A stretch of 64,000 nucleotides of DNA from Methanobacteriota archaeon (GCA_020347565.1 CP070732.1:514681-578680); one strand, 5' to 3'; positions 28,149 to 37,934 are shown, counted from the first letter of the stretch. Made by a program: numbers and translations. The notes: generated by a model from the sequence alone, not told the origin.

Positions 28149-28658
28149 ATGAGCAACGACGAGAACCCCATCCTGAGAGAGGGTACGTCATATCTCTTCA
28201 TGGATAGGGACGTGTCCGAAGCCTACGAGCGCTTCAAGAAGCTCTTGGCAGAGGGGAGGAGGGGGCTCGTCATCGCCAGGACGCATCCCAGCCGTCTGCA
28301 GCAGTCGCACGCGCTCGACTGCCCGATAATGTGGATCGCGAAGAGCACTAAGGCGGCGAGCGGCGTGCTGAGCCTGGAGCCGACGCGTCTCATGAAGATA
28401 CACAGCACGATATCCGACTTCGTCAAGGCGACCAGAGGCGCGGTCGTCATACTTGACGGGCTGGAGTACCTGATAACGGAGAACGGCTTCTCACCCGTGA
28501 TGAAGGCCATACAGCTCACGAACGAGGAGGTCGCCATGAACGGCGCGTTCCTCCTCGTGCCGATAGACCCGCGCACGATGGAGACGCAACAGCTGGGCTA
28601 TCTCGAGCGCGAGTTCACGCTCCCGGACGAGAACGGTAGACGTATACGTTCGACCTGA
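28149..28658 (+). CDS. DUF835-domain protein
   Basis: The pattern GxxGLVIARTHPSRL...PIMWI matches my recollection of DUF835. The gene is tightly linked, with an 8-bp gap, to the KaiC-like gene. Confidence 0.55.
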   Translation: MSNDENPILREGTSYLFMDRDVSEAYERFKKLLAEGRRGLVIARTHPSRLQQSHALDCPIMWIAKSTKAASGVLSLEPTRLMKIHSTISDFVKATRGAVVILDGLEYLITENGFSPVMKAIQLTNEEVAMNGAFLLVPIDPRTMETQQLGYLEREFTLPDENGRRIRST

Positions 28659-28713
28659 GCCCGGCCGAAACCAAGCTCTGTTTTTTCTATTAGCTCGCAC
28701 CTTAGGCTTCTGT

Positions 28714-29247
28714 ATGCAGAACGAAGTCCCTCTGGGCCGCGTCCACGTAATCACGGGCCCGGGAAAGGGGAAGACCACATCGGCCTTCGGCCTGGCGATG
28801 CGGGCGGCTGGCCACGACCTTCGCGTCTGCATTGTCCAGTTCATGAAGACGGGTGATGTCACAGGCGAAGTCATAGCGGCGGAGCGGCTGAAGAACGTGA
28901 GCGTCGCCCAGTTTGGAACAGGCAGGTTTGTGGGCGGGTCGGGGGCGTCGGACGATGATCGCAGGAGCGCGCGGAAGGCCATGGCCCATGCGAGGAAGCA
29001 GGCCAGTAGTGGCCGATGCGACCTTCTCGTGCTCGACGAGGTCAATGTAGCCGCCTTCTTCGGTCTAGTGTCCGCTCAGGAGGTGATAGACTTGCTCGAG
29101 GCGCGGTCGGAGGGTCTCGAGGTGGTACTGACTGGGCGCAACGCTCCGGACGAGTTCATCGAGTACGCGGACTACGTGTCTCATATCGACACCGTGAAAC
29201 ACCCTTTCGACGAGGGCGTTTCCGCCAGAAAGGGCGTCGAGTGGTGA
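28714..29247 (+). CDS. cobO: Cob(I)yrinic acid a,c-diamide adenosyltransferase (CobA/CobO/BtuR type)
   Basis: ITGPGKGKTTSAFGLA P-loop and VQFMK motif; 177 aa. Confidence 0.8.
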   Translation: MQNEVPLGRVHVITGPGKGKTTSAFGLAMRAAGHDLRVCIVQFMKTGDVTGEVIAAERLKNVSVAQFGTGRFVGGSGASDDDRRSARKAMAHARKQASSGRCDLLVLDEVNVAAFFGLVSAQEVIDLLEARSEGLEVVLTGRNAPDEFIEYADYVSHIDTVKHPFDEGVSARKGVEW

Positions 29248-29256
29248 GCCCTCCGG

Positions 29257-30387
29257 TCAGCCAGTTTTCTGCCTCAGAAACATGAGGTACCGTATCTCCT
29301 CGGCCGTGAACACGGAACACCTCTTCAGCTCCTCTCTGTCTCCGTCTCTCAGCAGGCGCAGCACGAGCGGCTGGCCTCTGCTCATCAGATAGACTCTGCG
29401 GAACGCCTCAGCCTCTATCTCCGAATTCCCGAGCAGCCGTCTGGCACTGTCCTCATCGAGGCCCTTCACGCGTATCTCGCGAACGGTTCCTGAGTCCACA
29501 TGCCGCTTCTGATAGAACCAGTTGTATGCCGGCAGATCCTCATGTGCAGTGACGATCAGTTTGCCCTCGCTCTTGTGGCTGACGAACGAGGAGAGGAGCT
29601 CGACCACTCCTTCGCTTGCTGTGTGGTAGTCATCGAACACTACAGCCACTCCAGGGACGGCCAATGCGGAATCGACGTCTGAGACGTCAGGCTGAATCCC
29701 ACGTGCGAATCCGATCACTCTTGACTCTATGTCTGCTGCGCCTGTGCGTTCGCTGACGGCGATCCAGAGCACGTCGACGTCCTCCTGTCTCTCGACGAAC
29801 TCTCTGGCCAGAGCCGTCGTACCGTAACCTCTCCCGCCGAGGATAACCATCGCCTGCGAGTCGGAGTCCATGAAGCCCTCGAGCGCCTCTAGCTCTCGCT
29901 CTCGACCGTAGAATTCCTCGTGCGGCGGGGCGTCCGTCAGGTCTCTCTGTGCTGTTCTGTGCCTGTCCTTCAGCTCGATTACCCCGTCCTTCATGCGCGA
30001 GATCAGGCCAAACGCTCGGCGCCTGCCGAACATCTCCTCGAGGGCCGCCCCTTCCATCTCCTCCTTGACACCTTCGCGCGATACCAGGATTCTGGACGCG
30101 CGCAGGTCGTTCCAGATCGCCTCGGCCCTTCTGAACCCTTCCATGCTGACGGCATATACGCTCATCCTGCGATTCCTGTCGGCGACTCTTCCCCTGAACT
30201 CCTCGACGAGCCCTTCCTTGATGAGAGTCCTCACAGCTCTGGGGACATGGGTCCTCGATATGCCAACCCCTTCGGCGATGCCGACCTGAGTGGTCTCCGA
30301 GGGAAACTCCTCGACAGGTGTGTCCGTCGCGAAGCGCGATAGATGCAGAAGCACGCGGTCGTTGACACTGAGCTGACCTGGCATCAA
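29257..30387 (-). CDS. wHTH plus Arch_ATPase-like (AAA+) protein with a degenerate Walker A; putative transcriptional regulator
   Basis: N-terminal winged HTH (VGIAEGVGISRTHVPRAVRTLIKEGLV). Central FYGRERELEALEGF...ILGGRGYGTTALA, where the Walker A Lys is replaced (GYGTT). Transcribed divergently from the giant pilin-like gene. Confidence 0.6.
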   Translation of the reverse strand: MMPGQLSVNDRVLLHLSRFATDTPVEEFPSETTQVGIAEGVGISRTHVPRAVRTLIKEGLVEEFRGRVADRNRRMSVYAVSMEGFRRAEAIWNDLRASRILVSREGVKEEMEGAALEEMFGRRRAFGLISRMKDGVIELKDRHRTAQRDLTDAPPHEEFYGRERELEALEGFMDSDSQAMVILGGRGYGTTALAREFVERQEDVDVLWIAVSERTGAADIESRVIGFARGIQPDVSDVDSALAVPGVAVVFDDYHTASEGVVELLSSFVSHKSEGKLIVTAHEDLPAYNWFYQKRHVDSGTVREIRVKGLDEDSARRLLGNSEIEAEAFRRVYLMSRGQPLVLRLLRDGDREELKRCSVFTAEEIRYLMFLRQKTG

Positions 30388-30497
30388 GCGCGAAATGCTC
30401 CTGTCCTTATATAATCGTGGTGCCTTCTCAGTGTGTCAGAGCAATCCTTGGGACACGATGTCCAACCCTTCTGGTAGCTGGTAATGACCGCAACACG

Positions 30498-30505
30498 TTT
30501 AAATA
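30498..30505 (+). promoter_or_regulatory. TATA box (tttaaata) for the giant pilin-like gene
   Basis: About 65 bp upstream of the ATG at 30569. Confidence 0.35.
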
Positions 30506-30547
30506 CGCACGTCAGCGATGAAAGAACAGAACTAGCAGAGTTATCCA

Positions 30548-30559
30548 TCCTCCGGAGGA
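30548..30559. promoter_or_regulatory. Perfect 12-bp palindrome TCCTCCGGAGGA overlapping the RBS
   Basis: Self-complementary sequence; it contains the GGAGG 10 nt upstream of the ATG at 30569. Confidence 0.35.
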
Positions 30560-30568
30560 TGATCCTCA

Positions 30569-33500
30569 ATGAACTTCGAACGGTGCAGAAGAAGGCTTGG
30601 CTCGGACAGAAGCGGCGTCTCGGAAGTCGTCGGGAACATACTCATCCTTTTGATCACGGTGGTTCTGTTCAGCTCCATTGTTGCCTACGTGAATCAGATA
30701 CCCGTTCCCGAGGCCGGCACGAAGGCCGACTTCGCCGCCACGATTTCCTTCGAGGTCGGCGACCCGACCATGGCGGACCTGACCGTCACTCACGCGGGCG
30801 GGGAGGTGCTGCGAGCGGCCGATACGGCGGTCATACTCGAAATCGACAACACGTCCCAATTCCACAAGCTATCTGAAGATGAGGATTTCTCCTATACGAC
30901 TTGGAGCACCGGAACTGATTGGACGAAATCCTTCGCCGTGCCTTCCGCCGCCAGCAACGTGGTCGTGAGCGTGATAGACCTCGACAAGTCCAGAATCGTG
31001 TGGACCAGCCAGGTCTCAGGAGGAGCCGGGGGAACTCCTCCCATCATACTTCAGAGATACGCTGATTCAGAGATACTGTCTCCGAGCGCCGACCCCGTGA
31101 AGAAGGATGATACGTTCTCCGTGTTCGTGAAGGTGATAGACCTCGACAATGACCTGAACACCGTCTGGCTCGACGTCTCGGAGCTGCCCGGAACCCCTGA
31201 TGGCGTGGCGGACGACATCACAGCTGACGGGTGGTATAGGTTCGATTTCTCGGGCATAACGGATGATGTGACGGAGATCGACGGCAAGCTTCTCAAGATA
31301 CATGCCACGGACTCGGCGGGACATGAGACCGTGTCGAGCTACAGGCTGTCAGTGACGATCCTGCCTACTGACACCGAGATAAACTACTACGAGGATCCCT
31401 TCGAGGGAGGACTCCCCAGCTACATCACTTGGATAAGCGACGGACAGGGCTTCGGCATTTACCACGAGGATGGAACGAGCGGGAATGCGGACGTTACAGC
31501 TACTAATTCGACCTTCGTCAAGGACGAGATGGTCTTCATAAGGGTGGCTAGCCTGAGGCTGGCCAACATCCAGAGCGTGAATTCGATGACGCTGACGGAC
31601 ATGCGAACGGGTTACACGCATGTCCCTGCCTTCAACACCAGCCTGTGCTCTTCATCGGCTCCGTTCTATCCATTCACCTCATCGGGCGGCGCGTTCGTTT
31701 ACGAAACCCAGTTCGACACGTCCCCGCTTCCGCCCGGTGCGTATGCGGTGGCCATAACTCTCAAGAGCTCAGGTGCCGTGTTCCAGACCGTCGCCACCCT
31801 GGTCGTGTATCAAGAAGGCTCGTCGGTAGGTTTCACGCCTCGCATTTGGACTTACAACAGTGAAGGCGAGGATTGGGGCTCGAAGACGACCCCGTATGAC
31901 GTGTCCGGGGGAGCGACCAGTAGGGTTTATGTGAGGGTCAGTGTCCAGGACGCTACACTGATCCCCTCCCCTCCGAATGTCGATGACATCAGAATCGTCG
32001 ACATGCGAGGGGACACACAACTTCATGGCTCACCGCCGTCGGGCGATATGTTGCCTGCGTGGACGGTCACAGCGGTGCCAATCGACAATCAGACATACAA
32101 CTTCGAGATCAACCTTCGGCTGAACAACGGCGATCAATGGATTGGCGGGACGAACGCGTATACCCTGAAGATATCCAGGTTCTCCGACGCCAACGAAGGA
32201 ATATACTCGCTCTCCACCATGATCTATGTTAGCGCGTCGATGGCACGGGCGGATTTCTTCGTCGGCGGAGCCGGGTATATGACTGGTACGTCAAATTTCA
32301 TCGACCCGCAGTACCTGTTCCAGATACAGAACAACAACTTCTTCACCCAGCGTGTCCTCTACGACTACTCCAACGCCCCCAGCGCGGCTGACAACTACGC
32401 CGTTAGTGCGCTCGCCCTTGGAGATCTCGACGGCGACGGCGACAAGGATATCATCATGGGCCAGTACGGGAGCGAGAAGCTCTACTATCTCGAGAACAGC
32501 TTGAATACCTTCGGCTCGTGGCAGGAAGCCTCCACGATAACGCGTCCGAGCGGCGATGGCGGTGGCGACATAACCTGGATTGCCGCTGGCGATACGAACG
32601 GCGACGGCGACGTCGATTTCGCCTATTGCACGGAAGACGATGTAGTCGTCATAATGAACAACACATACGGGTCGACGGGCTCAGTGTGGAAGGACTACGG
32701 CAGCTCGAACGGTGGCGTCCTTAAGCTAGACATCCGTGACATGACCGGCGACGAAAGGGGCGACCTCATCGTCCTCGCCGGCGGCCTCGTGAGGGTCTAT
32801 GACCTTCTGGACTGGGATGCTGAATCACCGATAGCCACGCTTCCCGATACAGGCAGTGCGAGCATCAAGGACTTCGACATCGGAGACGTCGACGGGGACG
32901 GTCACCTCGACATAGCAACCGTGGATGACACTTCCACGTCTAGCGATCTGTCCGGCACGCGAGTCAGCTACTACTACGATAACCCATCGCCGATAGAGAG
33001 ACTCCTGATCGGCACCGCGCCGGATGTCGATGCCGGGCAATCGAGCGGTCTGATATCGTACACCGAGACCGTAGACGGCCAGGCATTGGTGATGAGGGAG
33101 AACACGACCGGCGAGATCGCCCCGGGCAACCTCAGTGCCGACATCACGCTGGACACCTTGACAGATAGCCTCGACCAGACCTTGACCGTCAGAGCCAAGG
33201 TCAGCGCTGGAGGAACGGAGGGCTTCTATGTCTGGTATTCTGTGTCAGGCGTGTACTTCACCCCGCTGATATACATCCCCCCGACGACGACGGCGTACAC
33301 GGACTTCTCGGTGCGGCTGCCTCCAACAGTGGCTGGTCTCTCGATAGAGCTCCGGTTCACCGACTCGATCGCGACGGCCGATAGCAAGACACCGGCCGAA
33401 CAGCTGTACCTCGATTATGTGGCAGTGCTGACAGACCTGTATGGAGGCTACGACCCCATCGACGCCCCGATCGTCGATTATTCGTCCGACTATGAATGCG

Positions 33501-34009
33501 TGAGGATCGGCAACTTGAATGGGGATTCGGACCCGAGCGACCTCGGACTGGAGATAATCGTTGCCAAGGATTCCGTCGGTGATGGTCCAGGAGACGAGGG
33601 CGTCTGGAAGGCGTACAACCGCACAGGCGAAGGCGCATCCGAAAACTGGTCGCCCTTGGCAGGCTGGACGGATTCCGATATCACTTTCTACTGCAGGGGA
33701 GATGACCAGATTGACCTTCACAGCTCCATGTCCAACGATGAGAACCCGATCGAGTCGATCCTGACGACGAGCTCCCCCAGACTGTTCCACGTCGTTGACG
33801 TGAACGGCGACGGATACGACGATGTGATCGTGGTGAACACGACGGTCAATGAGGATCTCACGTCTCAGGTGGCTTTGTATCTGAACATGGAGCCCGAGCC
33901 CAGCCACTGGTGGTACCTCGTCGTCAAGGACGTCGCGGCTGCCTTCAACATCGCGGATGTGCGGGGCGGCATGACGTACCTGCTGGTGGACAACCTGATA
34001 TCGGAGTGA
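30569..34009 (+). CDS. Giant surface protein (1146 aa) with an archaeal type IV pilin-like N-terminus and FG-GAP (integrin-alpha-like) repeats
   Basis: N-terminus RSG|VSEVVGNILILLITVVLFSSIVAYV matches the archaeal Pilin_N (DUF1628) class III signal and hydrophobic helix. Several DxDGDGxxD Ca-binding FG-GAP motifs (LGDLDGDGDKDII, AGDTNGDGDVDFA, IGDVDGDGHLDIA, VDVNGDGYDDVIV). Confidence 0.8.
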   Translation: MNFERCRRRLGSDRSGVSEVVGNILILLITVVLFSSIVAYVNQIPVPEAGTKADFAATISFEVGDPTMADLTVTHAGGEVLRAADTAVILEIDNTSQFHKLSEDEDFSYTTWSTGTDWTKSFAVPSAASNVVVSVIDLDKSRIVWTSQVSGGAGGTPPIILQRYADSEILSPSADPVKKDDTFSVFVKVIDLDNDLNTVWLDVSELPGTPDGVADDITADGWYRFDFSGITDDVTEIDGKLLKIHATDSAGHETVSSYRLSVTILPTDTEINYYEDPFEGGLPSYITWISDGQGFGIYHEDGTSGNADVTATNSTFVKDEMVFIRVASLRLANIQSVNSMTLTDMRTGYTHVPAFNTSLCSSSAPFYPFTSSGGAFVYETQFDTSPLPPGAYAVAITLKSSGAVFQTVATLVVYQEGSSVGFTPRIWTYNSEGEDWGSKTTPYDVSGGATSRVYVRVSVQDATLIPSPPNVDDIRIVDMRGDTQLHGSPPSGDMLPAWTVTAVPIDNQTYNFEINLRLNNGDQWIGGTNAYTLKISRFSDANEGIYSLSTMIYVSASMARADFFVGGAGYMTGTSNFIDPQYLFQIQNNNFFTQRVLYDYSNAPSAADNYAVSALALGDLDGDGDKDIIMGQYGSEKLYYLENSLNTFGSWQEASTITRPSGDGGGDITWIAAGDTNGDGDVDFAYCTEDDVVVIMNNTYGSTGSVWKDYGSSNGGVLKLDIRDMTGDERGDLIVLAGGLVRVYDLLDWDAESPIATLPDTGSASIKDFDIGDVDGDGHLDIATVDDTSTSSDLSGTRVSYYYDNPSPIERLLIGTAPDVDAGQSSGLISYTETVDGQALVMRENTTGEIAPGNLSADITLDTLTDSLDQTLTVRAKVSAGGTEGFYVWYSVSGVYFTPLIYIPPTTTAYTDFSVRLPPTVAGLSIELRFTDSIATADSKTPAEQLYLDYVAVLTDLYGGYDPIDAPIVDYSSDYECVRIGNLNGDSDPSDLGLEIIVAKDSVGDGPGDEGVWKAYNRTGEGASENWSPLAGWTDSDITFYCRGDDQIDLHSSMSNDENPIESILTTSSPRLFHVVDVNGDGYDDVIVVNTTVNEDLTSQVALYLNMEPEPSHWWYLVVKDVAAAFNIADVRGGMTYLLVDNLISE

Positions 34010-34096
34010 GAAGGCATCTGCAGCCCGTGCGGGGCTATCGGGCTTCCTGAGATATCTGGCCACCCTCCCGTCCGCTCCGTCCATAGTAACGGCTTC

Positions 34097-34729
34097 TTAC
34101 GAGGGCTCCTCGTGGCTGAGCCCTGCGGCGACCTCAGCCGCCCTCTCGTATTCGACTACTGCCAACGGGTCCTTCGCCTTTCCGGTCGTCTTCAGGAGCT
34201 CTCTGACCATCCAGTCGACCCTCTCGTCCTCGATGCGCCTGAACCCCCTCATGTTGTTGACCGCGCGGTCGAATTTCGTGACGTACTCCTCCGCGGTGTC
34301 GGCGCTGAAAGCACGCTTTCTCAGGAGCCAAGTCCTCGTCGAATCCCTGAAGAGCGCTGAACCTGATATCGAGGCGCAGTAGAGCTCGGTGTAGCTCTCC
34401 TCGTCCACATCGATCGGGATCACTGGTATCTTCTCTGAGTCGGCGATCTCGACGGCCGCGACGTAGCACGGTGGAGGCGCCGCCACCTCGCCGTATCTCG
34501 CCAGCCCTGTGACGTAGATCTCGTCGTACCTCGAAAGCTCCGGCTCGTAGTCGCTGGGCAGCCTCCGGAGGCCGTCCAACTCCTCCTTGCACAACGAGAT
34601 CGCCATGAGGTCGGGCTTCACTTCAGCGAACGCCTTTCTCACAGGCTCCACCTCCGAAGTCAGCCCTCTGATGACCGGCAGTATGTGTATCGTGGATCCA
34701 CCGTGCGCTATACGCTCGATCCGTCTCAT
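34097..34729 (-). CDS. TraB/PrgY-family-like protein (COG1916-like), tentative
   Basis: IHILPVIRG...VKPDLMAISLCKEEL resembles the TraB N-terminal region (GTAHVS...PD.VAVELC). 4-bp overlap with the upstream gene. Confidence 0.4.
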   Translation of the reverse strand: MRRIERIAHGGSTIHILPVIRGLTSEVEPVRKAFAEVKPDLMAISLCKEELDGLRRLPSDYEPELSRYDEIYVTGLARYGEVAAPPPCYVAAVEIADSEKIPVIPIDVDEESYTELYCASISGSALFRDSTRTWLLRKRAFSADTAEEYVTKFDRAVNNMRGFRRIEDERVDWMVRELLKTTGKAKDPLAVVEYERAAEVAAGLSHEEPS

Positions 34730-35748
34730 CTTCTCACCTTCTTCTGGCGACGGACGATGAGCTCCATGAGGTCTTCAGAGCGGTCGGCCCGTCTGAGTTC
34801 GTCCTTCGACACCAGTGGCGTGCCCTCGATGGCCTTCACCTTGCTGCCCTCCTGGACGATGATGACGGATTTCTTCTCCGTCACCCTGGAGAGGTCGCCC
34901 ACGACCCTGGCCTTCCTCTCGACGAGCTTCTCGTCCCCGCCTATGCCGGTCAGGAGCAGCTCCTCCTCGCGAGCCACGGCGTCGAACGGACATCTCCTCG
35001 TGGGGAGGACGAGATAGCCGATCTCGCGCAGCATGTCGAATATCTCCTTGTTCGCCCCCTCGGCCCTCTCGAGCGCCTTCATGACATCGGCCATTTCCGA
35101 TGTGAATTCGAACGGGTTGAGCGGCACCACGATCGGCTCGTCCAGGAACTCCTCTATCCTCGCCGCGATTTCCACCATCGCTCCCATGCCCGCCTCGTAC
35201 ATCTGTATCGCTTTGCGCGAGACGCCAGCGGCCTCCGCAAGCGTCCCCAGGGAGATGCTCTTGGTCTCTCTGACGCTTCGGAGCGTCTCGCCGTCGACAC
35301 GGACGTACAGCCCGCCCGGTGCGGCGTACACGAGCGGGGGCAGCCCCTCTACCATCAGCGCCTCGAACGATGCGGCGGTGAGTATCGGCAGGCCGAAGCG
35401 GGAATACAGTATCCCATCCTCAAGCTCCGCCGTACTGGAATGCAGGCCGACTACAATCGCGCTCGCGTCGAGCGTCGCGGCAAGCGCCCGAAGGTCGTCC
35501 GCGTCGCTGTGCGATAGCGAATCGATGTTCGACAGCATCTTGAGAACGAGGAGCTGATCGCCCTTCCTGGCGATTGCATCGAAGCTTACGGACCTGAGGT
35601 TGTGCGGCTCGGTCACGAAGAAGCCGCACTCGGCGAGGTCCGCCCTCACCCTCGCTATGAGCTGTTCCCTGTTAGCCGTGACGGCTCTCGTCTTCGGTCT
35701 CGTTGTTGGCATGGGTAGTGTCAAGGTAGCAGCTAGCCCTCGTGTCAC
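34726..35748 (-). CDS. Archaeal HTH (XRE-like) putative transcriptional regulator, COG1395-like
   Basis: Central HTH SLGTLAEAAGVSRKAIQMYEAG. The ~340-aa architecture is typical of this conserved archaeal family. 4-bp overlaps on both sides. Confidence 0.55.
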   Translation of the reverse strand: MTRGLAATLTLPMPTTRPKTRAVTANREQLIARVRADLAECGFFVTEPHNLRSVSFDAIARKGDQLLVLKMLSNIDSLSHSDADDLRALAATLDASAIVVGLHSSTAELEDGILYSRFGLPILTAASFEALMVEGLPPLVYAAPGGLYVRVDGETLRSVRETKSISLGTLAEAAGVSRKAIQMYEAGMGAMVEIAARIEEFLDEPIVVPLNPFEFTSEMADVMKALERAEGANKEIFDMLREIGYLVLPTRRCPFDAVAREEELLLTGIGGDEKLVERKARVVGDLSRVTEKKSVIIVQEGSKVKAIEGTPLVSKDELRRADRSEDLMELIVRRQKKVRR

Positions 35749-37934
35749 TGGTACATGGAGTTCGGACTCAGCCGCTCGTACTTCCTCAGTTCGTTTTCGG
35801 TCATCGGCTGCACGTTCGCCATAGCTCTCTCGAAGTATTTCATTTCAACCTCGACCTCGCGGATGCGCTCCTCGTCCACGTCCTCTCCGCTGAGGACGAA
35901 GTCGCGTATCGCGAGCATCACCGCTTCGTTCGCCACAGCGCCTATCTCGGCGCCCGTGTAGTGGTCCATCTTCGTCGCGAGCTTGTCGAGGTCGACGTCG
36001 TCCGCCAAAGGCTTGTGCCTGGCGTGTATCCTGAGTATCTCCTTCCTCGCCCCGAGGTCCGGCGGATGTATGTACACGAGCCTGTCGAACCTTCCGGGGC
36101 GAAGCAGCGCTGGATCGACGATGTCCGGCCTGTTGGTCGCCGCTATGACGACGACGTTATGCAGAGCCTCCAGTCCATCCATCTCGGTCAGGAGCTGGCT
36201 TATCACCCTCTCGGTCACGCCGGAGTCGCTCGACGTGCCCCTCAGAGGGGCTATCGCGTCGATCTCGTCAAGGAACACGACGCATGGCGCGGCCTGCCTC
36301 GCCTTCCTGAATGTCTCCCTGACGGCCTTCTCGGACTCCCCGACCCATTTGGACAGGAACTCCGGCCCCTTGACGCTTATGAAGTTCGCCTGGCTTTCTG
36401 TGGCAACGGCCTTGGCCAGCAGCGTCTTGCCAGTCCCTGGCGGGCCATAGAGTAGGATCCCCTTAGGCGGGACGGCGCTCATGTGCCTGTACAGCCCCGA
36501 GTACCGGAGGGGCCACTCGACGGTCTCCATGAGTTCCTGCTTGGGCCCCTCGAGTCCTCCTATGTCCTCCCACTTCACGTTGGGGCTTTCCAGCAGCACC
36601 TCGCGCAGGGTCGACGGCTGCATCTCCCTGTATGCGTCCATCAGATTACCCATCGAGACGCTCAACCGGTTAAGCACCTCTGCTGGTATCGATTCCTCCT
36701 CGAGGTCGATGCTCGGCAGTATCTCCCGGAGGGAGCGCATCGCTCCCTCTCGCGCCAGCGACGCCAGGTCGGCGCCGACGTAGCCGTGGGTCATACCGGC
36801 CAGCTGCGAGAGGTCCACATCATCCGCCAGGGGCATCCCCCTCGTGTGAATCTCGAGTATCTCGAGTCGGCCGTCCCTGTCAGGTATGCCGATTTCTATC
36901 TCCCTGTCGAACCTTCCCGGCCGGCGTATGGCCGGGTCTAGCGCGTTGGGGCGGTTCGTGGCCGCGATGACGATCACCTTCCCACGACCCTCGAGGCCGT
37001 CCATTATCGCCAGCAGCTGGGCGACCACGCGCCTTTCGGTCTCACCGGTCACCTCGTCCCTCTTCGGCGCGATGGAGTCGATTTCGTCTATGAATATGAT
37101 GCTCGGCGCGTTCTCCGCAGCCTCCTTGAATATCTCTCTCAGCCGTTCCTCGCTTTCGCCGTAGAACTTGCTCATTATCTCGGGGCCGCCTATCGATGTG
37201 AAGTTCGCGCTCGTCTCCGAGGCGACGGCCTTCGCGAGGAGGGTCTTCCCCGTGCCCGGAGGCCCGTGAAGCAGGACGCCCTTGGGGGCGTCCACGCCAA
37301 GCTTCTCGAACAGCTCCGGGTGCCTGAGAGGGAGCTCTATCATCTCCCTGACCTTGTCCACCTCGTCCGTGAGCCCGCCGATGTCCTCGTACGCGACCTT
37401 CGGTCCTCGGGCTATCTCCTCCTTCGCGGGCTTGTCGCTGAGCTTCATCTTCGTGAAGTTCTGTATCAACACCGCATCGGTACCAGGCTGAAAGCTCTGC
37501 ACGACGAGGTCGAATTTGCGGCCCATAATGTTCACTTCGAGCAGGTCGCCCTTCGATACGGCCCTGCCCTCGAGCACCTGGGAAAGATACTCCTCTCCTC
37601 CAAGGATCTTCACCGGCTGCGTGGGCGCCAGCGTCACCTTCGTGGCGGCCTTGGGCGTGATCTTCCGAATGCTCACCTTGTCGTCAAGGCCAGCGCCAGC
37701 GTTCTTCCGGGTCGTGCCGTCTATGCGTATGGTGCCGCGGTTCTCATCCTCAGGATGGCCCTCGAGGACGGTCACGGCGGTGTCCCTCGCCCCCTCTATC
37801 ATGACGACGTCGCCTCGACTGAGCTCCAGGATCTTCATCAGCGCTGGATCTACTCTCGCGACGCCCTTGCCGTCGTCAGCCGTTTTCGCCTGAACGACTC
37901 TCAGTATCTTCTCCTTCTTTGCCATCTGAAGCAC
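35745..37934 (-). CDS. cdc48: AAA+ ATPase Cdc48/VCP
   Basis: N-domain plus two AAA modules, each with GPPGTGKT and a second-region-of-homology motif; 729 aa. Confidence 0.9.
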   Translation of the reverse strand: MLQMAKKEKILRVVQAKTADDGKGVARVDPALMKILELSRGDVVMIEGARDTAVTVLEGHPEDENRGTIRIDGTTRKNAGAGLDDKVSIRKITPKAATKVTLAPTQPVKILGGEEYLSQVLEGRAVSKGDLLEVNIMGRKFDLVVQSFQPGTDAVLIQNFTKMKLSDKPAKEEIARGPKVAYEDIGGLTDEVDKVREMIELPLRHPELFEKLGVDAPKGVLLHGPPGTGKTLLAKAVASETSANFTSIGGPEIMSKFYGESEERLREIFKEAAENAPSIIFIDEIDSIAPKRDEVTGETERRVVAQLLAIMDGLEGRGKVIVIAATNRPNALDPAIRRPGRFDREIEIGIPDRDGRLEILEIHTRGMPLADDVDLSQLAGMTHGYVGADLASLAREGAMRSLREILPSIDLEEESIPAEVLNRLSVSMGNLMDAYREMQPSTLREVLLESPNVKWEDIGGLEGPKQELMETVEWPLRYSGLYRHMSAVPPKGILLYGPPGTGKTLLAKAVATESQANFISVKGPEFLSKWVGESEKAVRETFRKARQAAPCVVFLDEIDAIAPLRGTSSDSGVTERVISQLLTEMDGLEALHNVVVIAATNRPDIVDPALLRPGRFDRLVYIHPPDLGARKEILRIHARHKPLADDVDLDKLATKMDHYTGAEIGAVANEAVMLAIRDFVLSGEDVDEERIREVEVEMKYFERAMANVQPMTENELRKYERLSPNSMYQ

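Noticed and set aside
34010-34096. Hairpin (agcccg...cgggct) after the giant pilin-like gene as a defined terminator
   Set aside because: The stem is short, the loop is long (about 10 nt), and no T-tract follows. It is too weak to call as a feature.
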